A stretch of 64,000 bases of DNA from a virus. Made by a program: the position numbers and the translations under genes. The notes beneath the pieces were generated by a model that saw only the letters and a list, made by a program, of their open reading frames with translations, was not told where the DNA came from and searched no databases. Below, piece after piece: positions 57,868 through 64,000 of this stretch; the first letter of the stretch is position 1; each line of letters starts with the position of its first letter. The stretch spans positions 96,001 through 160,000 of IMG/VR virus record IMGVR_UViG_3300026484_000295; one strand, 5' to 3'.

Positions 57868-59673
57868 ATGGGTATGACAAACGAACAAGAAGAATTTTCT
57901 AAAACACGAGACACCCATATATTGGCACTAGCATCAGCAGGAGCAGGAAAAACCCATACATTAATTCATTTTATTCACGATAAAATTAAAAGTGGATTGC
58001 GTCCAAACCAGATAATTTCATTTTCATTTACTCGTAAAGCTGCAAATGAATTGAAAGATAGAGTTAATAGTCATTTTAAAGGTATGGATTTTGATTTTAA
58101 ATATATATCGACTATACATTCTTTTTGTTGGAATGAAATTATTAAGCCCTTTTATAATGAAATTGGTTATACATCAATACCAACTATTGTACATGAGTTT
58201 CCAGATGAATTTATGGAAAAAGAATATAAAGAACACGGTAAAAAACAAGATAGAGCTGGATTTAATCGCAAATTTATGGATATAGTTTCTAAAGATTTAC
58301 AAGAAGAAGATTTTACGGCTCCAGAGACAGTACGCTTACTACAATATCTTGTTAGTCATAATCTAACTATGTTTGATTTTATGATTCATTTAGCTAATTT
58401 TGTATTGAAAGAAGAGCCAGTTAAATTACAAAAACATATAGGTACAATAGGCTATGTTATAACTGATGAAGCGCAAGATTTAAATCCAGCACAGTATAAA
58501 TTTACTAAGTTACTGCAGTCAGTTTTTAGTAATGAAAAGAATAATGTAAATTTAGTAAAAGTTGGTGATTTTAAACAATCGATATATGGATTTAGAGGTA
58601 GTGATCCTAGAATAATAAACACATTTGTTGATGAATTTGATCCTGTTGTTAAAATATTATCATATAATTTTAGGAGTGCTCCAGAAATTGTAGATTTAGC
58701 TAATGAGATTGCCGAAACTATTGATTTAGGGAATGATGCACTTAATGAGTCGAAATATGCTCAACATGGGTCTAGTATATCTGAAGGAGAAGTTTATAAC
58801 ATATACGATGTTGAAGAATTTATTGATGAATTAAAATTGATTGAAAAACCATTAGAGCAAACTTGTATTTTGGCTAGAACTAATATGGTTATAAAATCAT
58901 TAGCTAAGATTCTTGGAAAATTAGAAATACCGTATTATCTACATACTGAATTTGATATATTAAAGAGATCAGAAGTAAAATTTTTAATGAGTATGTTGAG
59001 TGTTGTGAGTCATGGATATAATAAAGCTATAGTTTTGGATATTATTAAAGCTGCAAAAGGTGGGATACCTATGAAAGTTGCTGCATCAATTAATAAATGT
59101 GATAATATGCAAATGGTTGGAAGAATGTTTCAAGATATTAAAAAAATACCAGAAATTATAAAAATTTATAATGATTTAGAAAAAGGGTTGTTTAATGCGG
59201 CGATACCTAAAATCGCAAAACTTATGGAAACTTCAAAAAAATCATCTGAACAAATTCAACAATCATTGGAACGTTTTTATCGTGATTTGAATACTGTTAA
59301 AACAACTGAAGGATTGGATTCTTGGATGGAAGCATTAGAAGAATTATTGTTTGAAGCTCAATTTTTAGAAGAAAAACAACAAGGTAAAGTACAGTTAATG
59401 ACAGTTCATAAAAGTAAAGGGTTACAATGGGATAATGTTATCTTTATTTATGATTTCAGTTTATTAGAGCAGGTAGAAAATGATTTTTATGATTTAGAAG
59501 AAGAAAAGCGTGTAGTTTATACTGCTGTAACTCGACCAACAACTAATTTAGTTATCTGGGATTTAGAACAACAGATGATTAGTAGTTACTTTACAAAAGG
59601 GTCATTGTTAAAGATGATAGAAAATGCTCTAAAAAAAGGTATTTTAGATATAGAGGATTTTTCAAAATATTAA
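57868..59673 (+). CDS. uvrD: UvrD/Rep/PcrA superfamily 1 helicase
   Basis: ASAGAGKT, FTRKAANEL, STIHSF, DEAQD, VGDFKQSIYGFRG, YNFRS, ILARTN, MTVHKSKGLQW, EEKRVVYTAVTR. Confidence 0.95.
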   Translation: MGMTNEQEEFSKTRDTHILALASAGAGKTHTLIHFIHDKIKSGLRPNQIISFSFTRKAANELKDRVNSHFKGMDFDFKYISTIHSFCWNEIIKPFYNEIGYTSIPTIVHEFPDEFMEKEYKEHGKKQDRAGFNRKFMDIVSKDLQEEDFTAPETVRLLQYLVSHNLTMFDFMIHLANFVLKEEPVKLQKHIGTIGYVITDEAQDLNPAQYKFTKLLQSVFSNEKNNVNLVKVGDFKQSIYGFRGSDPRIINTFVDEFDPVVKILSYNFRSAPEIVDLANEIAETIDLGNDALNESKYAQHGSSISEGEVYNIYDVEEFIDELKLIEKPLEQTCILARTNMVIKSLAKILGKLEIPYYLHTEFDILKRSEVKFLMSMLSVVSHGYNKAIVLDIIKAAKGGIPMKVAASINKCDNMQMVGRMFQDIKKIPEIIKIYNDLEKGLFNAAIPKIAKLMETSKKSSEQIQQSLERFYRDLNTVKTTEGLDSWMEALEELLFEAQFLEEKQQGKVQLMTVHKSKGLQWDNVIFIYDFSLLEQVENDFYDLEEEKRVVYTAVTRPTTNLVIWDLEQQMISSYFTKGSLLKMIENALKKGILDIEDFSKY

Positions 59674-59695
59674 TTTATAATCAATAAATAAATTT

Positions 59696-60073
59696 ATGAT
59701 TGATATAAAAAAAATTAAAAAAAATGATAATGTTTGGTGTATTTCACAGTCACTGGAACAAATGATATACCCTTTGAAAGCAACGTTTATTAAATTGGAA
59801 TCTTCAAAATCTGATAAATTAGTTCTTGTAAATTTTAATAATAAAACTATATGTTATCCATTACATCTGTTATTTGAAACAGAATTAGATGCTAAGATAT
59901 ATGGTTCTGTAAATTTTATGAAATTGTATTATAATTTTGATCCTTTTTTTGTATCAGAAAATATTGATGAACAAATTTTAAAAGAAGCATCATATTTAAT
60001 GAATACATTTGAAAAAAATAATCCGTCTAAATTTTTATATTATTGGATGGGAAATGTACCAAATAGATTCTAA
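59696..60073 (+). CDS. Hypothetical protein (paralogue of the next gene)
   Basis: 125 aa; C-terminal A......EKNNP..FL.YW. Confidence 0.6.
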   Translation: MIDIKKIKKNDNVWCISQSLEQMIYPLKATFIKLESSKSDKLVLVNFNNKTICYPLHLLFETELDAKIYGSVNFMKLYYNFDPFFVSENIDEQILKEASYLMNTFEKNNPSKFLYYWMGNVPNRF

Positions 60074-60389
60074 AATGTGGGGTATTGTATATAAATTTGA
60101 TACTCCAAAATTAGTAATAATTAAAGATATAATTGAGACTAAAAATAGTTTGATCTATAAAGTTAAATATAAAAATAAATTGTTTGATATTTTTAATATT
60201 GATATATATCCTTCTAAGATAGAAGCTGATATATTTTGGTCAATTACTATACAAGAAGAATTTAAATATACGCAAAAACAACCATCATTATTTATGACGG
60301 ATGAATTTGAATTTGCTGTAAGAAAAGCAAACAAGATATTATTGTATTATGCTGACAATAATCCGGATATTTTATTAAAATATTTTTAA
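60054..60389 (+). CDS. Hypothetical protein (paralogue of the previous gene)
   Basis: Start revised to MYQIDS; C-terminal A......ADNNP..LL.YF. Confidence 0.55.
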   Translation: MYQIDSKMWGIVYKFDTPKLVIIKDIIETKNSLIYKVKYKNKLFDIFNIDIYPSKIEADIFWSITIQEEFKYTQKQPSLFMTDEFEFAVRKANKILLYYADNNPDILLKYF

Positions 60390-60586
60390 GATAATACCGC
60401 TTTAAATTCTCTACCTGGATAACGATCTTCATTTTTATAAAATTCACATTTAAAATTTCTTTCAGAAACTCTAAAACCAAATTGTTTTTTTGCACTTTTG
60501 AAAATCGAACAATCATTAAAATGATCACAACATATACACGCGTAGTAAGTACACGATTTTTCATTTAATAATGTATTTAATTTCAT
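60386..60586 (-). CDS. Small Cys-rich late protein, candidate internal head protein
   Basis: GAGG RBS; TATAAATA at 60611; MKLNTLLNE then six Cys. Confidence 0.6.
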   Translation of the reverse strand: MKLNTLLNEKSCTYYACICCDHFNDCSIFKSAKKQFGFRVSERNFKCEFYKNEDRYPGREFKAVLS

Positions 60587-60659
60587 AGAATACCTCTTGT
60601 AATTTTATGTTATTTATATAAAAAATGTAAAATATACTAAAATCTTATAAGGGTAAAAT

Positions 60660-61166
60660 ATGGATGAATTAGCACCAGGTCTGATATATCTTTCTGATTT
60701 GAATAAACTTGTATATTCAAACTCATATATTATAAATTCTGGAAGTAAATTGAGTTCAATTTCTAATGATTTAGGAACATATGCTGAGTATATTTCAGAC
60801 GATGATAGAGATTTATTATATGCAAAGTCTATTGGAGTTAAAGTTTTTAATGAGATAGTAAATGAATTTGATTATTCGCTTATAAATGATATTGATACTG
60901 ATAGAGAAATTGATAAATTAAAAAAACAATTTTCTGAATTAAGTGATTTAATTGAAGATGAATATGATTATATCAAGTTATCAGCGCATAATATTCTTTT
61001 ATTAAAAATGGCTTTTATACTTAAAAAACATTTAGATTCATTAAATACATCAGTTTATTTAATGCGTGGATCTGGAGTATCATCATTCATATTTTATTTA
61101 ATAGGTTTAAATAAAGTCAACCCTATTAAATTTGGGTTAGATTATAAAAATTTTTGGAATAATTAA
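60660..61166 (+). CDS. dnaE: Split minimal DNA polymerase III alpha, N-side (GRGS) fragment
   Basis: MRGSGVSSFIFYLIGLNKVNPIKFGL...F aligns with DnaE [31 protein letters not shown]. Confidence 0.8.
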   Translation: MDELAPGLIYLSDLNKLVYSNSYIINSGSKLSSISNDLGTYAEYISDDDRDLLYAKSIGVKVFNEIVNEFDYSLINDIDTDREIDKLKKQFSELSDLIEDEYDYIKLSAHNILLLKMAFILKKHLDSLNTSVYLMRGSGVSSFIFYLIGLNKVNPIKFGLDYKNFWNN

Positions 61167-61783
61167 TGGAGAATAAAATGGAAGAAGAAGTATCAACAGA
61201 ACAGGTTAAAAAAAAGGGTCGACCTAAATCAGAGCATTATGTTAAAGAAAGCGAATTAAGAGATGAAATTGCGATAGCCCAGCAAAATGCTATAAAGGCT
61301 ATTGATGAAATCACCAAAGAATGGGATAAAAAAATTGAAAATGCATCAACAGAACCTGAAAAAGAAGCATTGCGAATTGAAAAAGAAAAAGCTTTAAATA
61401 GAGCAAAGACCAAAACGTACTGTACCCCAAGGTTAGGTGAAATTGTAGTATTAACAGTTGATAGAGTCGGTACACAAACAAAATTTAGACATTATACTTA
61501 TTTAGATGATATGAAAGCTGAAGCTATTTATCAATCCATTAGAGGTATTATAAAATTTAATTTAGATAAAACAAATGATGCTGGACAAAAAAGTTCATCA
61601 TTTTCTTACCTTACACAAATCATTACAAATGCATTTAGGCAAATTTTAAAGAAAGAAAAGAAAAATAGAGAAATAAAAGATCAGGCAATTGAAATGGCAT
61701 TAGATCAACATAGTGATATTGATGTTGATTTTGAATCTATAAAAAGAAAGAAAGATCGTTTAGATATAGCACATAGAGATTAA
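61166..61783 (+). CDS. gp55: Late transcription sigma factor gp55
   Basis: HYV...EL, LGE.........F..YTY.DDM..EA......I.KFN, FSYLTQI..NAF...LKKEKK. Confidence 0.9.
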   Translation: MENKMEEEVSTEQVKKKGRPKSEHYVKESELRDEIAIAQQNAIKAIDEITKEWDKKIENASTEPEKEALRIEKEKALNRAKTKTYCTPRLGEIVVLTVDRVGTQTKFRHYTYLDDMKAEAIYQSIRGIIKFNLDKTNDAGQKSSSFSYLTQIITNAFRQILKKEKKNREIKDQAIEMALDQHSDIDVDFESIKRKKDRLDIAHRD

Positions 61784-61852
61784 TTTTTAATTTGATTTTA
61801 ATTTTAATTTTTGTATAATATGTAGAAACAAATAAAAAAGAAGGGTTACCAT

Positions 61853-62584
61853 ATGACATATTTTGAATTTTTAGATGATATCATAGAAAATTTTAGAGTT
61901 TCTAAAATGATTGAGATTGTTAAAATTGAACAAGACGTAGAGGAAAATGAATTACTTGCTGTTGCTTATGAAGCAACAAGAAGTTTAATTGTAGTTGCAA
62001 ATTACAAGGAGAGACCGGATATTGATATGCCTCAAATTCAAGGGTTTTCGCAATTAGATTTTGTCAAACAAATTATCAATATTGAAAAAAATGCTAAGAA
62101 AAGTTCTGTTAAGTTTAAAGAGAATGATGAATTAGCAGTTGAAACTATTTTTAAAATGGATGCTGCTACTATTAAAAATAAAAATGTTGCAAAGTCACTT
62201 CTACCTGAAACACCTAAAAAACTTTCAGGATTCAAACCTGATATTGAAGTAGATTTAACATCAGAGGATATTTCATCTATTGTTACACATTTAAGTCTTA
62301 ATATTTTTAATGCTAGTGTATTTTTAACAAAATCATCAAAAGGTAAATTAAGCTTTAAACTTACAAATGATGTAGATACTGTTGATTATGATACTGACTT
62401 TGATGTTGAAGACGGTATTCTCGAAGAACCATTTAAAATTGATTTAGAGAGATTACTTGCTATTTTAAGAGTTGGTAAAGAAGGTGTTAAAGTTGCTATT
62501 TCTGAAGGCCAAAATTTAGCTAGAATTATCAAAGAAGATGATAAAGCAGAATATAAATATTTTATGATTAAAAAAGCATCATAA
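61853..62584 (+). CDS. gp45: Sliding clamp (gp45-like)
   Basis: 243 aa, two-domain alpha/beta pattern ending ISE......I......Y.YF; follows gp55; early-type promoter. Confidence 0.55.
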   Translation: MTYFEFLDDIIENFRVSKMIEIVKIEQDVEENELLAVAYEATRSLIVVANYKERPDIDMPQIQGFSQLDFVKQIINIEKNAKKSSVKFKENDELAVETIFKMDAATIKNKNVAKSLLPETPKKLSGFKPDIEVDLTSEDISSIVTHLSLNIFNASVFLTKSSKGKLSFKLTNDVDTVDYDTDFDVEDGILEEPFKIDLERLLAILRVGKEGVKVAISEGQNLARIIKEDDKAEYKYFMIKKAS

Positions 62585-62589
62585 AAAAC

Positions 62590-62626
62590 AATCCTCCTAT
62601 ATAAATAAAGAAAGTATAGGGGGATT
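62590..62626 (+). promoter_or_regulatory. RBS-sequestering hairpin containing a late promoter
   Basis: aatcctcctata pairs with tatagggggatt (12 bp, one G-U); TATAAATA at 62600-62607; ATG at 62633. Confidence 0.7.
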
Positions 62627-62632
62627 TAAATT

Positions 62633-63247
62633 ATGATAAATAGTATAAATGATATTGATAAAATTCTATTAGAATTTAATTTAGAAAATTACAATAATCA
62701 ATATATTGATGATATTATAAATTATATATTGGTAGAAAATAGTACTGTTTCATCATTAATTACAGAAATCCCCGAAATTATATCCAGTAAAAAAATTTTT
62801 GATGGTCAATTTGATTATTCGTTTGATCCAATATTAAACGAAAGTAATATATTATTAGTTGAATTAGTCCAGCCAATAATCGAAAAAGTCATTCCATCAC
62901 ATATATATAGAAGTTTTACTAATTTACATATAAATCACATAACTTCAGAAATATTAAATATTGATATTAGTGATGTTATAAATATTAATGAAATTAAAGA
63001 AAAAATAGCTGAAGCCTTTTTATCTGGTAATATCACAATACCTGTACAATCTTTACGAACCGAACTTATTACAGATAATACAGTTAAACATGGGTTATTT
63101 GCACCATCATTGTTTAAACTTGTAAAGTTAGATAAATTAAGTACCGCTAAAACTATTAATGATTTAGTTTACTCACTCGATACTGATATATATAAAATTA
63201 ATATTATCTCAAAATTATTACAAATAAAAAAGGATTCTATATGCTAA
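62633..63247 (+). CDS. Hypothetical late protein
   Basis: 204-aa ORF after the late box. Confidence 0.65.
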   Translation: MINSINDIDKILLEFNLENYNNQYIDDIINYILVENSTVSSLITEIPEIISSKKIFDGQFDYSFDPILNESNILLVELVQPIIEKVIPSHIYRSFTNLHINHITSEILNIDISDVININEIKEKIAEAFLSGNITIPVQSLRTELITDNTVKHGLFAPSLFKLVKLDKLSTAKTINDLVYSLDTDIYKINIISKLLQIKKDSIC

Positions 63248-63858
63248 CAGAAGAATTACGTATATTAGCCGGATTACAAGAATCAAAAGAAATAATAAAT
63301 CCATTACCAAAAATAATTAAAAATGAAGAAAATCATAACAAATTAATTAAATTACGTAAAGAAAATGAACAAAAAACGATATTAAGCCATTTTCAAATAT
63401 TTGAAAATAAATTTGATAATGTATTAAATATAATAAAGCGATTTGATAATTTGATAAAAAATAAAGATATATTCATGGATGGTATAATAGACGGTAAATA
63501 TCAATACTTACAAAAAGCAATTGAAACAATGATAAATGATTCTACCGTAGACTTTATGAGATTTATAAAAAATAATAAAGCTAATTTAATAAAAGAATTT
63601 GATAGATTTGATTGTATTAAAGTGAACATAGATGAATCGAAGCTTAAGGATTTTTTTGTAGCATCAGATTTAAACAAGACTTTATATACAGATATTTCAT
63701 TAAAAGAGAAAAAAGATAATATTGCTATTGAATATGGAGATCATATTTTAATATTGGATGGAGATTTGGCTATTATAAAAAAAAATAATAAACGTTTTTA
63801 TTTTAAATTAACAGAGAAAGAAATTTTATATATGATAGATAATAATATATTATTATAA
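63241..63858 (+). CDS. Hypothetical protein, candidate internal head protein
   Basis: N-terminus MLTEELRILAGLQE-S; AAGGA RBS. Confidence 0.6.
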   Translation: MLTEELRILAGLQESKEIINPLPKIIKNEENHNKLIKLRKENEQKTILSHFQIFENKFDNVLNIIKRFDNLIKNKDIFMDGIIDGKYQYLQKAIETMINDSTVDFMRFIKNNKANLIKEFDRFDCIKVNIDESKLKDFFVASDLNKTLYTDISLKEKKDNIAIEYGDHILILDGDLAIIKKNNKRFYFKLTEKEILYMIDNNILL

Positions 63859-63908
63859 AACAAATTTCAATATAAATAACAATAATAATCAAAATAGAAG
63901 GAAAAAAA

Positions 63909-64000
63909 ATGAACATAACACGTTATATACAAGAATTATCTCTATTAGAAGAATCTGAAAGAAAATCATATATTACTCATTTAGAAATAAAAAATTATGG
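63909..64000 (+). CDS. Partial late ORF (runs off the right end)
   Basis: Late box at 63871, AAGGA RBS, MNITRYIQELSLLEES... Confidence 0.55.
   Translation, partial: MNITRYIQELSLLEESERKSYITHLEIKNY

Noticed and set aside
1-64000. Stop-codon reassignment as in some AT-rich jumbo phages
   Set aside because: Code 11 gives full-length core genes and high coding density; TAG and TGA both terminate genes at expected lengths.
1-64000. tRNA or rRNA genes; firm host assignment
   Set aside because: No cloverleaf or GC-rich structural RNA seen. Low GC and -10-only promoters would fit a Campylobacterota-like host, but sequence alone cannot establish this.

Overview
A very AT-rich (roughly 25% GC by eye) 64-kb segment of a large T4-like myovirus, probably jumbo-class, in standard genetic code. 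It holds most of the virion module: capsid gp23, scaffold gp22, protease gp21, portal gp20, tube gp19, sheath gp18, neck gp13/14/15, gp2, gp4, wedge gp6, a 2836-aa wedge/fibre protein, a gp26/gp51-like chaperone pair, a 2221-aa tape measure and a tail fibre with an S74 chaperone. It also carries the late sigma factor gp55 with many TATAAATA late promoters, and DNA-metabolism genes (gp46/47, gp45-like clamp, UvrD, dTMP kinase, HU). Main unusual points: (1) a plasmid-type Rep_3 initiator with iterons and an AT-rich origin at the point where gene orientation switches, suggesting a T4-like phage-plasmid; (2) a minimal DnaE (Pol III alpha) split without an intein into two genes about 19 kb apart that abut at the catalytic motif; (3) a tail-fibre-linked cassette of a U32 Fe-S enzyme, a SAM methyltransferase and three HxHD-anchored paralogues; (4) cis elements: a perfect 40-bp inverted repeat carrying promoter, RBS and start codon of two divergent genes, a candidate -1 frameshift, an RBS-occluding hairpin and a candidate pseudoknot small RNA. 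All family calls are motif recognition by eye; no searches were run.
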